Positions 29,448 to 39,064 of a stretch of 64,000 nucleotides of DNA are shown piece by piece. The stretch covers positions 1-64,000 of the forward strand of contig JANMQY010000144.1 in NCBI GenBank assembly GCA_031370785.1, given 5' to 3'. The first letter of the stretch is position 1. Each line of letters opens with the position of its first letter. Source of the DNA: Candidatus Eiseniibacteriota bacterium. GTDB taxonomy: Bacteria > Eisenbacteria > RBG-16-71-46. The notes beneath the pieces are model-generated. The model saw only the letters and a list, made by a program, of their open reading frames with translations. It was not told the DNA's origin and did no database searches. Made by a program: the position numbers and the translations under genes.

Positions 29448-29464
29448 GGCGCCGGCGGGCTCCC

Positions 29465-30295
29465 CTACCGCGCCACGCGCTCGAGTGCGACGCGGCGGGA
29501 CTCGCGAAACCGGGTCAGCATCCCCTTCTCGACGCTGCGGATCTCGTCGCTCACCGCCGGGTGGCCGTCCGCGAACACGTAGCGCCGGCGGCCTCGCATC
29601 ACTTCCACCGTCGGCTGCCCCTGACCGCCGACCCGCACCAACCCTTCCAGCACGCACACGCAGGTGCCTTCCGGCTCGCAGATCACGGCGAGCGTCGTGC
29701 CGGTCACCTCGATCTGCGCCTCGGGAGTCCTGATCTCGAGGTGCGCGCCGTGGAAGTTCGATGCGGTCGTGATGCGCGCTTCGCCGCCACTCACTTCGGC
29801 GCGCACCGTGCGTCTGAACCAGCGCCCCGGAACATCGGGAATCGAGAACCTGGTGCCGGGCGAGAGCTCGATGGCGAGCAGCCCGGGGCTCTGGATCTCC
29901 AGATCGGACCCGTCGGGGATCTGTACCGTGGCGCCCGGGCGCAGCCAGCGGTTGAAGTCGATGGTGTGCCCGATCGGCACCGGGCGACCGTCGACCACCG
30001 CGATGCCCTGGCCATGACTCGACGCCACCCGCCATGCGGGACCCTGATTGAGCACGAGCACGACCACCAGAGCCGCGGCCGCGGCGATCGATGCCGCCGC
30101 CCACCGCGTGGACTCGCGCTCCCACCAGCGCAGGCGCACCGTGCGACGGGGCCTCTCGCCGAAGCGGCCCGCCGTGAACTCCGCGCGAAGCTGAGCGCGG
30201 AACTCGGGGTCCGGCTCCGGCGCGCGCAGCAAGCGCACCGCCTGCTGGGCGCTTCGCTGTTCATGTGTCAGTTCTTCGTGGTCCGATTCGCGCAT
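29465..30295 (-). CDS. FecR-domain anti-sigma factor
   Basis: Single TM; IRTPEAQIEVTGT...VCVLEGLVRV FecR pattern; follows ECF sigma. Confidence 0.8.
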   Translation of the reverse strand: MRESDHEELTHEQRSAQQAVRLLRAPEPDPEFRAQLRAEFTAGRFGERPRRTVRLRWWERESTRWAAASIAAAAALVVVLVLNQGPAWRVASSHGQGIAVVDGRPVPIGHTIDFNRWLRPGATVQIPDGSDLEIQSPGLLAIELSPGTRFSIPDVPGRWFRRTVRAEVSGGEARITTASNFHGAHLEIRTPEAQIEVTGTTLAVICEPEGTCVCVLEGLVRVGGQGQPTVEVMRGRRRYVFADGHPAVSDEIRSVEKGMLTRFRESRRVALERVAR

Positions 30296-30303
30296 GTGAT
30301 GCT

Positions 30304-31026
30304 CTACCGCCCCTCGCCCAGTGTGTCGGCAAGCAATCCTGCGAGCGCCGAAAGCGCGCGCGAGTAGCGCTTGCGCGCAGCCGCGTGATTCACGCCGAGA
30401 ATCTCCGCGATCTCCTGATGGCTCAGCCCCCGGTAATCGTGCAACACGACCGGCACGCGCAACGCCTCGGGCAGACGGCCGATCGCACTCTGCACCAGTC
30501 GTTCGCGCTCAGAGGCCAGCGCATCGTCCTCGGGATCGTTGGTCCCGCGGGTCAGCACCATGCCGCTCTCGGGATCCTCATCCACCGGGCTGCTGCGCTG
30601 CGCCATGCGATGGGCGCCCGAACGCCATCGGTCGCGGCACGCATTGGTCGCAATCGCGGTCAGCCACGCCCCCGGATCGCGCGCGGGGTCGAGCTGATGG
30701 GCGGAGCGATACACCTTGAGAAACACGTCGTGCGTCACGTCCTCGGCCTCGATTCGGTGCCCGAGCAACCGGAACACCAGTCCGTACACGTTCCCAAAGT
30801 TGCGTTCGAACAGGCTGGCGAGCGCAGCGGGTTCGCGGCGGCGCACGGCTTCCAGCTCATCGCGCGTCCACCGCGTGACGGGCGAGACGCCGGACGCCGG
30901 CGAGGCGCCGGGCGCGGCCGGCGCCCCGGCTGCTGCCGGCCCTTCGAATGCGCTCGCCGCGAGGGAAGCCCCGGTCTCAGGTACGGATGAGCGAGGCGGA
31001 TGTGTCGGGCCGGAGGCATGATTCAC
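30304..31026 (-). CDS. ECF RNA polymerase sigma factor
   Basis: AEDVTHDVFLKVYR, WLTAIATNACRD, GLSHQEIAEILG; start uncertain. Confidence 0.9.
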   Translation of the reverse strand: MNHASGPTHPPRSSVPETGASLAASAFEGPAAAGAPAAPGASPASGVSPVTRWTRDELEAVRRREPAALASLFERNFGNVYGLVFRLLGHRIEAEDVTHDVFLKVYRSAHQLDPARDPGAWLTAIATNACRDRWRSGAHRMAQRSSPVDEDPESGMVLTRGTNDPEDDALASERERLVQSAIGRLPEALRVPVVLHDYRGLSHQEIAEILGVNHAAARKRYSRALSALAGLLADTLGEGR

Positions 31027-31120
31027 GGAGCGAGGGCTCTCCAGGGGGCGAGATCAGCGGGGACGCCCGCAGTATTGCACAGCCCTTAGACCGGCACGCG
31101 TTCGGAAGCTTGAAGATTTC

Positions 31121-32710
31121 TCAGGCCGCTTTGGAGATCTCCGTTGCATCGGAATCATCCGCCGTCGGCAGCGGCAGCCGGATCCAGAACGTGCTGCCCT
31201 CACCAGGAAGGCTGTTCACGCCCACGTGGCCACCGTGCAGCTCGGTCAGACGCTGGACGAGGTGCAAGCCGATGCCCAGGCCGCCGTGGCGCGAGGCGCT
31301 TTCGCGCGCACCCTGGCCGAACAGCTCGAAGATGTGAGTGGCTTCCTCCGGCAGGACGCCGGGTCCCAGATCCGAGACGTCGATGACCGCGAACTCGCCG
31401 TCCTGGTGCACGCTCACCGACACCTCCCCGTGCTCGGGGCTGAACTTCACGGCGTTGACGAGCAGGTTGACCACGGCCTGGCGCAGCTTCACTTCGTCCA
31501 CCGACATCTCCGGCATGCCGGCGGCGTATCGCTCGGTCACGCTCACGTGGTACTTCTCGGCCGTGGCCAGCGTGGTTTCGACCGCGCTTCGCACCACCGA
31601 CTCCAGCGATACCGTGGTGCGGCGCAGCGCCAGCTTGCCGCTCTCGATGCGGGACAGATCGAGGATGTCCTCGATCAGCCCCAGCAGACGCTGAGCCTCG
31701 GAGCGAAGGCGCCCGAGGAATTCGCCGCGTTGCGCCTCGTCCAGCCTGCGTTCGCGGTCGTCGAGCAGCTCGGCATACGCGATGACCGAGGTCAGCGGCG
31801 TCTTGAGCTCGTGACTGGCGGTCGAGAGGAACACATCCTTGAGGTGGTTCGATTCGGTCAGGCGCCGATTGTCGGCCTCGAGCTGACGCGTCCGGTTTCC
31901 GAGCCGGTCCATCAGCTCGGCGCGGTCGATGACGGCGCCGACGTGTTCGGCGAACAGCCCGAGCATGTCCCGATGGTGCTCCATGAATGTATCGGGGTGA
32001 TTGATCCGGTTGACGTTGAGCACGCCGACGCAGCGCTCCCCGACCATCAGAGGAAGCGAAAGGGCCGAAGTGATGTTCCGGTTCGCCTTGTAGTGCTGCC
32101 CGAGCGTCGCGTGCGGCTCTTCATTCAGCAGCACCGCTTCCTGCTGCTCGGCCACCCAGCCAGCGATGCCCTCTCCCATCTTCTTGTGCGCGTTGCGCGC
32201 GAACTCGGACTCGAGGCCATACGAGGCACGCGTTTCCAGCTCGCTCGTCTCCGGGTTGTAGATCATGATCGAGGACTGCTGCGCGCGGAGCGTGGAAACG
32301 ACCCGGCGCACGATGATCTCGAGAATGACTTCGAGACGAAGCTGCAGGTTCAGCGTGGTCGAGACCTGGAACAGCGCCGACAGCTCGGAGAGACGGGTGC
32401 GGACGTCGTCCTTGTCCTTCTCCTCGCGCTCGAGTGCGACGCGCATCCTGTTCAGCTCGCGCTGCTTGAGAGTGGTGTACAGGCAGAAGATCGCGACCAG
32501 TCCGGTGAGCGCGGTGAGCGCGTAATACGACTGGACGACGCTCTGTTTGCGCGCCTCGCCCGACATCTCGAGCAGCGGCACGTAGAGCATGAGCACCGCA
32601 GCGGTCAATGCTCCGACGACCGCAAAGGTGACTCCCCAGAGCAACCAGCTCCGGCGATTCAGATGGTCCCAGTTATTCGTCTGTCTGGCTGGCTTCATTG
32701 GCCCAGGCAC
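31121..32710 (-). CDS. Membrane GAF-domain sensor histidine kinase
   Basis: Two TMs, GAF (GEGIAGWVA), H-box SHELKTPL, NLLVNAVKFS, DLGPG, GLGIGL. Confidence 0.92.
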   Translation of the reverse strand: MPGPMKPARQTNNWDHLNRRSWLLWGVTFAVVGALTAAVLMLYVPLLEMSGEARKQSVVQSYYALTALTGLVAIFCLYTTLKQRELNRMRVALEREEKDKDDVRTRLSELSALFQVSTTLNLQLRLEVILEIIVRRVVSTLRAQQSSIMIYNPETSELETRASYGLESEFARNAHKKMGEGIAGWVAEQQEAVLLNEEPHATLGQHYKANRNITSALSLPLMVGERCVGVLNVNRINHPDTFMEHHRDMLGLFAEHVGAVIDRAELMDRLGNRTRQLEADNRRLTESNHLKDVFLSTASHELKTPLTSVIAYAELLDDRERRLDEAQRGEFLGRLRSEAQRLLGLIEDILDLSRIESGKLALRRTTVSLESVVRSAVETTLATAEKYHVSVTERYAAGMPEMSVDEVKLRQAVVNLLVNAVKFSPEHGEVSVSVHQDGEFAVIDVSDLGPGVLPEEATHIFELFGQGARESASRHGGLGIGLHLVQRLTELHGGHVGVNSLPGEGSTFWIRLPLPTADDSDATEISKAA

Positions 32711-32832
32711 TCCATGCCTCGCTTATCAGGGCTAGTCCGACTCGAGCTGGCCCGAAGGTGGTAGCTGCGGTATCGGCCGGTCCGTGGCACGCACTTAGCC
32801 CGAATTAGCCGTGCGCTGTTACATTTCGTCCC

Positions 32833-34881
32833 ATGACGCGCGCCCCCCGATTCACCTGGCTCGCCGCGCTGCTTGCCCTTGCCGGGCTTGCCGCCCTCTA
32901 CTGGGGGCCACTCGGAACCGGCTTTCTGAATGACGACTTCCTGTTTCTCGAGGAATCCCGCTCCCGGCCGTTGTCCGAGTCTCTCGCCCGCCTGGGGGCA
33001 CTCGGGAACTACTACCGGCCGTTGTCGCGCCAGCTCTACTTTGCCGCGCTCAGCCCGTGGGGCGGCGCTCAACCGCTGGTCTTCCATCTGTTCAACTTCG
33101 CGGTGTTCGCGGGCGCGCTCGTGCTCCTCGCCGATCTGCTGTTCGCGGTGCTGCCCGCCGGCGCCGCGATGTGCGGCCTGCTCTACTTCGCGGTGCTGCC
33201 GCTGCAGCGCGTGGCGCTGCTCTGGGTGTCGTGCAGCCAGGACCTGCTTGCCACAGTTTTCATCCTCGGATCGCTCCTCCTGCACCGTCGCGGCCGCATC
33301 GGAATCGCGGCGCTGTGCACGCTCGCGGCTCTCGCCAGCAAGGAGACGGCATTCGCCCTGCCGGTCGCCCTCATCGCATGGGAGATGTTGGTCCAGCGCT
33401 CGCGGATCTCGACCGCGCTGCGGCGGGCGGCGCCTCACGGTGTGGCAGCGCTGGCGTGGATCGGTGTGCTGATGATCATGCGGGCGCGCGGCGGGCTGAG
33501 CTGGACCTTTCTCGACTTCTCGCCCACTCAGTTCGCCGCGGGAATCGTTCACGGGGTGCAGAGCCTGCTCGGTCTCGACTCCCCCGGCGATTTCCTGGCG
33601 GGGCTCGCCTCGGTGGGTCCGCCGCTGCTGCCGGCGCTGTGCTTCGGCGCGCTCGCGATCTGGCTCCCGGCAGCGGACCGGGGCGAACGCGTCGCCGCAC
33701 CGTCCCGCGCCGCGTCAACCGCGTCCTTGCGCGAGTTCGAACCCACTTCCCGACTCATCGCCTTTGCGCTCGCATGGTTCGCCGCATTCGCCCTGGTCGC
33801 GGGTCCGGTTGCCCACACCTGGAGCTCCTACTACTACTTGCCGGCCGCAATCGGGGGCGCGCTGCTGGTCGGTCTCGCGACGCGGCGCATCGACCGATGG
33901 ATGTGGCTCGGGCTGGTCGCGGCGCTGCTGTGGTGGCACGCCGGTGCGTGCGCCGGGCGCGCGTTCGCGATCCGGGGCGAGCGCTGGGGCTGGACCTCGC
34001 ACCTCACCCCGTTCTACTTCGAGCGCGGTGCCGACCTCACGCGCACGCTGGCCGGAGAACTGAAGCGCATCGAGCCCGCGCCACCGCGCGGAACGCGCTT
34101 CTTCTTCGCCACGCTCCCGCCGTGGGCGGGATTTCAGATGGGCAACGGGGCGCTGATCCGCGCGCTGTACCGCGACCCGAGCCTCGAGTCCTACTTCTAT
34201 TCGGAGTACTCCGACTCGGTCGCCGGCGGCCGGCCGTGCCGCTTCCTGTTCTGGAACGGAATCGCGCTCGAACGGCTCTATCCGCGCCTCGCCGCGCCGT
34301 GGTTCCAGGTGGGGGGCGATCTCATCCTGCTCGGACGCGCCGCGGGGGCGCGCGATGCGTTCCGGCGCGGACTCTCCGAAGGCGGCGACCGCGCCGACCT
34401 GCTCTACTGGCTGGGCTGGACCGAGTTGTGGACGGGGCGACGCGACGCGGGCGAGGCGGCGTGGCGGCAACTGGGCGCGCACGACGATTCGCTGCAATGG
34501 AGCAAGCATCTCCGGCTCGCGCACGATGCGTTGGACGAGAGTGATTCACTGCGCGCGCGCCGCGAGCTGGCTCAGGCGCTGCACCTCGGAATCGGAAGGC
34601 CCGAGGCGCACGCCGTGCTCGGCGAGCTGCTCGTGCCGAACCAGCCCAAGTACGCGATGCTCGAGCTTACGATCGCGGTGTGGCTCAAGCCGAACGACTG
34701 GATCGCGCGACGTGCGCTCGCGCTCGCTCTCGGCAACGCCCACCTGGACCAGAGCGCGGCGCGCGAGCTCGATGCACTCAAGCCGCTGTACCCGGAATGG
34801 CGGGAAGATCCGCTCGTTGCGCAACTCGAGCGCAGGCTGAACGGACCGGACTCGGGCGCGCCCGTGGCGCGGTTCCGATAA
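32833..34881 (+). CDS. Multi-TM GT-C-like (glycosyltransferase) protein with C-terminal TPR-like helices
   Basis: FLNDDFLFL, YYRPLSRQLY, LASKETA; about 11 TMs; helical C-terminus. Confidence 0.65.
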   Translation: MTRAPRFTWLAALLALAGLAALYWGPLGTGFLNDDFLFLEESRSRPLSESLARLGALGNYYRPLSRQLYFAALSPWGGAQPLVFHLFNFAVFAGALVLLADLLFAVLPAGAAMCGLLYFAVLPLQRVALLWVSCSQDLLATVFILGSLLLHRRGRIGIAALCTLAALASKETAFALPVALIAWEMLVQRSRISTALRRAAPHGVAALAWIGVLMIMRARGGLSWTFLDFSPTQFAAGIVHGVQSLLGLDSPGDFLAGLASVGPPLLPALCFGALAIWLPAADRGERVAAPSRAASTASLREFEPTSRLIAFALAWFAAFALVAGPVAHTWSSYYYLPAAIGGALLVGLATRRIDRWMWLGLVAALLWWHAGACAGRAFAIRGERWGWTSHLTPFYFERGADLTRTLAGELKRIEPAPPRGTRFFFATLPPWAGFQMGNGALIRALYRDPSLESYFYSEYSDSVAGGRPCRFLFWNGIALERLYPRLAAPWFQVGGDLILLGRAAGARDAFRRGLSEGGDRADLLYWLGWTELWTGRRDAGEAAWRQLGAHDDSLQWSKHLRLAHDALDESDSLRARRELAQALHLGIGRPEAHAVLGELLVPNQPKYAMLELTIAVWLKPNDWIARRALALALGNAHLDQSAARELDALKPLYPEWREDPLVAQLERRLNGPDSGAPVARFR

Positions 34882-34895
34882 CGAGAGGAAGCCTC

Positions 34896-35906
34896 ATGCG
34901 ACGCGGACGGGTGGTCATGGAGTGGTTCGAAAGCGCGGTGCTGCGCGGAAATCCGTGCGGCGACCCGCACCTGCGGCGCGTGCCGGTGTATCTGCCGCCC
35001 GCCTACGACTCCGAGCCGGGACGGCGCTTCCCGGTGGTCTACGTGCTGACCGGCTTCACCGGACGCGGCCGCATGCTGCTCAATGACAATGCGTGGTCCC
35101 CGCCGCTCGACGATCGAATGGACGCCCTGATCGCGGCCGGTTGCGGCGAGATGATCCTGGTGATGCCCGATTGCCTGACGCGCTACGGCGGGTCGCAGTA
35201 CCTCAACTCGAGCGCGACCGGACGCTACGAAGACCATCTGCTGCAGGAGCTGGTGCCGTGGGTGGACCGCACGTTTCGAACGCTCCCGGATCGCGATCAT
35301 CGCGGAGTCGCCGGGAAATCGTCCGGCGGCTACGGCGCTATGTTGCACGGCCTCAGACATGCCGACATGTTCGGCGCCGTGGCCTGCCACAGCAGCGACA
35401 TGTACTTCGAGTACTGCTATCGCCCCGATGTCGGAAAGTTCTGCTCGATCGTGCAGGGGGCCGGAGGCCTCGCGCCCTGGCTCGAGGCCTTCGAGCGCAA
35501 ACTGCAGAAGGGTGAGGACGACTTCGTCGCGCTGAACATCCTGGGGATGGCCGCGGCCTACTCGCCGAACCCCGCGACCGCGCCATTCGGCATCGATGTT
35601 CCGTGCAACCTGGAGACCGGCGAGTTCCGCGAGGACGTATGGCAGCGCTGGCTCGCGCTCGACCCGCTGGCCCTGATCGAGCGCCATGCGGACGCGCTTC
35701 GCTCACTAAGCATGCTGTTCTTCGACTGCGGAACCCGGGACGAATGGAATCTCCACCTCGGCGCCCGGATCATGCACCGGCGTCTCGAAGCGCTGGGTGT
35801 CGCTCACACGCATGAGGAATTCGACGACGGGCACATGAATGTGAGCTACCGCTACGACGTGAGCCTTCCGCGGCTGGCTCGCGCACTCGGGGCGGAAAGT
35901 CGCTGA
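34896..35906 (+). CDS. Alpha/beta-hydrolase esterase (Fes/antigen-85-like)
   Basis: VYLPPAY, nucleophile GKSSGGYGA, DCGTRDE, FDDGH. Confidence 0.88.
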   Translation: MRRGRVVMEWFESAVLRGNPCGDPHLRRVPVYLPPAYDSEPGRRFPVVYVLTGFTGRGRMLLNDNAWSPPLDDRMDALIAAGCGEMILVMPDCLTRYGGSQYLNSSATGRYEDHLLQELVPWVDRTFRTLPDRDHRGVAGKSSGGYGAMLHGLRHADMFGAVACHSSDMYFEYCYRPDVGKFCSIVQGAGGLAPWLEAFERKLQKGEDDFVALNILGMAAAYSPNPATAPFGIDVPCNLETGEFREDVWQRWLALDPLALIERHADALRSLSMLFFDCGTRDEWNLHLGARIMHRRLEALGVAHTHEEFDDGHMNVSYRYDVSLPRLARALGAESR

Positions 35907-36151
35907 TCCGGGCGGGCGGGCCCGCGTCCGAACCCAGAATTCGGGCGTCGAGCCAGCCTTCGACACCGAAACGCTACGACATAGAGAAATAGACTGGCCA
36001 TGATGCGGACAGAGGCTCCCCCGCGCTTGCTCTCGACCCGTGGTCCGGATGACAGCGCTTCCTAATGTTGATGGTTTCTTCGACCTGAACCCGGCTCGGC
36101 GTGGGGCCGGTGACAATCGCCACGAACAGCACCACTAAACGCTTGCAGCAA

Positions 36152-36202
36152 TTGCGAAAACGCAAAGATCTCGATTGATTTTGCGCATGCGCTCTCTATA
36201 CT
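36152..36202 (+). promoter_or_regulatory. Promoter candidate with upstream palindrome for the TWG-tail gene pair
   Basis: TTGCG-AAAA-CGCAA (36152-36165); TTGATT (36175-36180), 16 bp, TATACT (36197-36202) in an AT-rich patch. Confidence 0.5.
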
Positions 36203-36419
36203 TCGAAACGTGATGTCTTGAGCCCGTGAGCTCGATGGAAAACTCTGGATAGCGCTCCGCGCCCCCTCGGAGCATTTTAATTCTCTGGACGTGATGCGTC
36301 TGTCCATTCAGAGACGCTCACCGCGGAAGGCAGGTGAACTTCAGGGCGCTTCCGGCGGCCGCGAGCCGCCAACTCTTGCAACCTCGAGCTCTGCATTCGA
36401 AACCCCCGGGAGGTGGCCG

Positions 36420-37118
36420 ATGAAGCGTAAGGCCTTGCTACTGATTTTTGCAGTACTCGCGTTCGCGGTTCCCGCGCGCGCGGCAGACACACTGCTGTTC
36501 GCATTCACCGGGTACGACTACCAGAATCCAAATTCCGATGCGGTGAATTACCTGGCTCCTGGTGAGGGCTATCACGTGGTCGGGTTCGTTACGAGCTTCG
36601 GCCCCGACCTCGAGTATTACGTCGATCCCGTCAACTTCGAGTACACCGTCTACACGCAGAACCTGGTGGTGGTGGCGTCCACTTATTACGGAACGCTGCT
36701 CGTGGTCGACTTCGGCAACGGCGGGCGCGGACGTTACTACAGCGATCCGATCAGTGGCGGCACCCACGGCCAGTACGGAACTCTGCCGCCGAACGCGACG
36801 TCGCCTTCGACCTTCATCGATGGCAGCGTGCGTCTGGGCGGGGTCATCAACTCGTTCAATCTGACCTACGACTTCGACCCGAGCATCAATGCCGGGCAGT
36901 TCAGCGGCACGATGAATCTGGATGAAGGACCGGATCTGGTTTACGTCCAGCCGCCGCCGCGCCGTAATGGCTGGACCTTCGGTGGTCTCGCGGGTCGGCC
37001 GAACGGCACGATCCCGCCTGGCTATGACAATGCAGTGCAGGGCGAGTGCCGTCTTCCGGCTTCGACGCCGACTGCTCACACGACCTGGGGCGCGATGAAG
37101 GCGCTCTACCGCCGCTAG
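36420..37118 (+). CDS. Secreted beta-rich protein with C-terminal TWGAMKALYRR tail
   Basis: GGAGG RBS; Sec signal MKRKALLLIFAVLAFAVPARA; G/T/N/Y-rich body. Confidence 0.85.
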   Translation: MKRKALLLIFAVLAFAVPARAADTLLFAFTGYDYQNPNSDAVNYLAPGEGYHVVGFVTSFGPDLEYYVDPVNFEYTVYTQNLVVVASTYYGTLLVVDFGNGGRGRYYSDPISGGTHGQYGTLPPNATSPSTFIDGSVRLGGVINSFNLTYDFDPSINAGQFSGTMNLDEGPDLVYVQPPPRRNGWTFGGLAGRPNGTIPPGYDNAVQGECRLPASTPTAHTTWGAMKALYRR

Positions 37119-37172
37119 CCCTCGACTCCGATCGCGGTGGAACTCACCGCGCCCGCAACGGGAGGAACATCT

Positions 37173-37889
37173 ATGAAGAAGATGATCGGGGTGGCGGTAC
37201 TACTGGGGCTGCTCGCCGCAGGCACTTCCACCACTACATTCGCTCAGCCGGCGTGCGGCACCGGTCAGATCATCGACTGGGATGCCAACGGCTTTTCCTG
37301 GGAAACACCGGCGAACCCGGTGAACAACATTTCGGCTGCAGGCAATTCGCTTCATGCCGTCGCGCTCGTGAGCCTGTTCTGCTCGCCGTTCGCGGATCTG
37401 AATCCGAATGATCCGAGCACCGAGTACACCATCGTGTTCTCGGGACTGACGTCGACCGGCACGACCATTCCGGTGTCGGGTTTCACCACGGTCTGGAACA
37501 CGGACTACGGCAGCGGATTCTTCGACATCTATGCGGGCTCTCCGCGGAACGCGCCGAGCTATCTGTCCATGCCGCCACCCGGCGGAACCGTCCCGGCCAA
37601 CTATCAGGACGGCACGTTGATCCTGACGGGGACGCTCGCCAACTTCCGCACGCAGATCATCAAGACCGGGAACAACCCGGCCAACGGTACGTTCCGCGCG
37701 GACTACACGTTTACCGGCGGTACACTGTACAGCCGGGTCGCGGGTTCGGGCGTTGGACTGCTGCACGGTCTCTGGAACCTCACGGGAGCACCGACGGGCT
37801 ACTCGGCCCATCCGGACGGTGTCTTCGACAATCCGCCGACCGCGGTGCGTCCTTCCACCTGGGGCGCGATCAAGCAGCTATACAAGTAG
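37173..37889 (+). CDS. Secreted beta-rich protein with C-terminal TWGAIKQLYK tail (paralog of upstream gene)
   Basis: GGAGG RBS; Sec signal; shared EYT, (F/Y)xDG, PxGY motifs and tail. Confidence 0.85.
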   Translation: MKKMIGVAVLLGLLAAGTSTTTFAQPACGTGQIIDWDANGFSWETPANPVNNISAAGNSLHAVALVSLFCSPFADLNPNDPSTEYTIVFSGLTSTGTTIPVSGFTTVWNTDYGSGFFDIYAGSPRNAPSYLSMPPPGGTVPANYQDGTLILTGTLANFRTQIIKTGNNPANGTFRADYTFTGGTLYSRVAGSGVGLLHGLWNLTGAPTGYSAHPDGVFDNPPTAVRPSTWGAIKQLYK

Positions 37890-37902
37890 TCGCGACCTCG
37901 AT

Positions 37903-37945
37903 CGCCCGGCATGTGCCCCCCCGCGCATGCCGGGCGTTTCGTTTT
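37903..37945 (+). terminator. Intrinsic terminator after the TWG-tail gene pair
   Basis: cgcccggcatgtgc/gcgcatgccgggcg stem followed by tttcgtttt. Confidence 0.8.
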
Positions 37946-37991
37946 CTGCGCGCGTTGGTCCCCCTGTTCTTCCGCCTGTAGACTCTCGCGC

Positions 37992-38395
37992 ATGCCCCAG
38001 GCCGACGTGCGCTTCATTCCCGAGTTCGAGAAGTACGACCCGCGCAGCACCCAGGATCCGCGCTTCTGGTACCGCCCGACCATGGGCCTGCAGCGTCTCG
38101 AGCGCCTGCGCTTCCCGTGATTCGAGCGCCGGCTCCCGCCGCGACCCTGCGCCTGGCCCGCGCGCACGCGCGCCAGCTCGGCCTCTCGATCTGGAAGTGG
38201 GAGTACGTCAGGCGCGACTCCTCGCGCGGCGGCCACGACTTCCATCGCTTCATCGATCCGGAGGATCTCGCGCGCATGCTGCGCCGCCACCGGGCGCGGA
38301 TCACGCACATGAGCGGCATCCGCTGGTCGCCACGACTCGAGTTCCCCCGCAGCACCAGGGTGAGCTACCTCGGGCTCGCGCGCCTCGCCGGCTGA
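37992..38395 (+). pseudogene. UbiG-like O-methyltransferase relic (N- and C-terminal pieces, SAM-binding core missing)
   Basis: C-piece WEYVRRDSSRGGHDFHRFIDPEDL...SYLG resembles UbiG EYV.R..P.GTHD..KFI.P.EL...NY; N-piece EFEKY..FW..GLQRLERLRF; TGA at 38118 and frame change; no DxGCGGG motif. Confidence 0.6.
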
Positions 38396-38406
38396 CGACT
38401 CGAGCG

Positions 38407-38757
38407 ATGAGCCTGCGCATTCTCGTCGTCGTGCCCGACCTGTTCTTCCGGACGCGTATCGAATCCACCGCTTCCCGGCTCGGAGCGAGTGCGCAGTACG
38501 CCAGGCTCGAGGCAACGCTCGAGCGCTGCCGGATCGAGCCGCCGGATCGGCTGATTCTCGACCTGCACGCCCCGGGCGATCCGCTCGCAGTCGTGCGCGC
38601 GCTCCGCGCGAACGAAGCCACGCGCGGAATCGAGGTCGTGGGGTTCTACTCGCACGTGGATCAGGATCTGCGGACCGCGGCACTGGAGGCCGGAGTGAAT
38701 CGGGTGATGCCACGCTCGGCGTTCACCAGAAATCTGGCCGAGATTCTCGGGGGTTAG
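38407..38757 (+). CDS. Stand-alone atypical response regulator receiver protein
   Basis: ILVVVPD...LILDL...ALEAGVNRVMPRS; conserved Lys absent. Confidence 0.75.
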   Translation: MSLRILVVVPDLFFRTRIESTASRLGASAQYARLEATLERCRIEPPDRLILDLHAPGDPLAVVRALRANEATRGIEVVGFYSHVDQDLRTAALEAGVNRVMPRSAFTRNLAEILGG

Positions 38758-38835
38758 GGCCGTCTGGTAGGGGCACTGCGATACACGTCCGCTGCTTTCT
38801 CCGCGTCGGGGCGGTGGCTATACTCCCCGCCGTCC

Positions 38836-39042
38836 ATGAAAACAGGCCTGCCCACCCCGAGCGAGCGCGCCATGAACCAGGAAGCTCCAAGAACCTCCGC
38901 GACCATCGAGCGCGTGCGCATCTCGTGCCCGGGGTGCGGACGCAACGACTTCGTCTCGTGGCCGGTGGGTCAGGAGATCTTTCACTGGAAGTGCTTCAAT
39001 TGCGGCAAGCAGTTCGACCTCACCCGCAAGGCCGCGCACTGA
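38836..39042 (+). CDS. Small zinc-ribbon protein
   Basis: CPGC...CFNC; TATACT upstream at 38819; alternative start ATG 38872. Confidence 0.65.
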   Translation: MKTGLPTPSERAMNQEAPRTSATIERVRISCPGCGRNDFVSWPVGQEIFHWKCFNCGKQFDLTRKAAH

Positions 39043-39064
39043 CGAAGTGCGCGAGGAGGTTGCA

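Noticed and set aside
32785..32799. Sigma54 promoter TGGCACGCACTTAGC
   Set aside because: GG-N10-GC spacing fits, but the -12 element is imperfect and an extended -10 at 32817-32825 explains the gene equally well
36240..36345. Glycine riboswitch (ctctgga, gaagg, ttcagg fragments)
   Set aside because: Conserved GGAGA/CCGAAG/CUCUCAGG elements are not present in correct form or order, and downstream genes are unrelated to glycine
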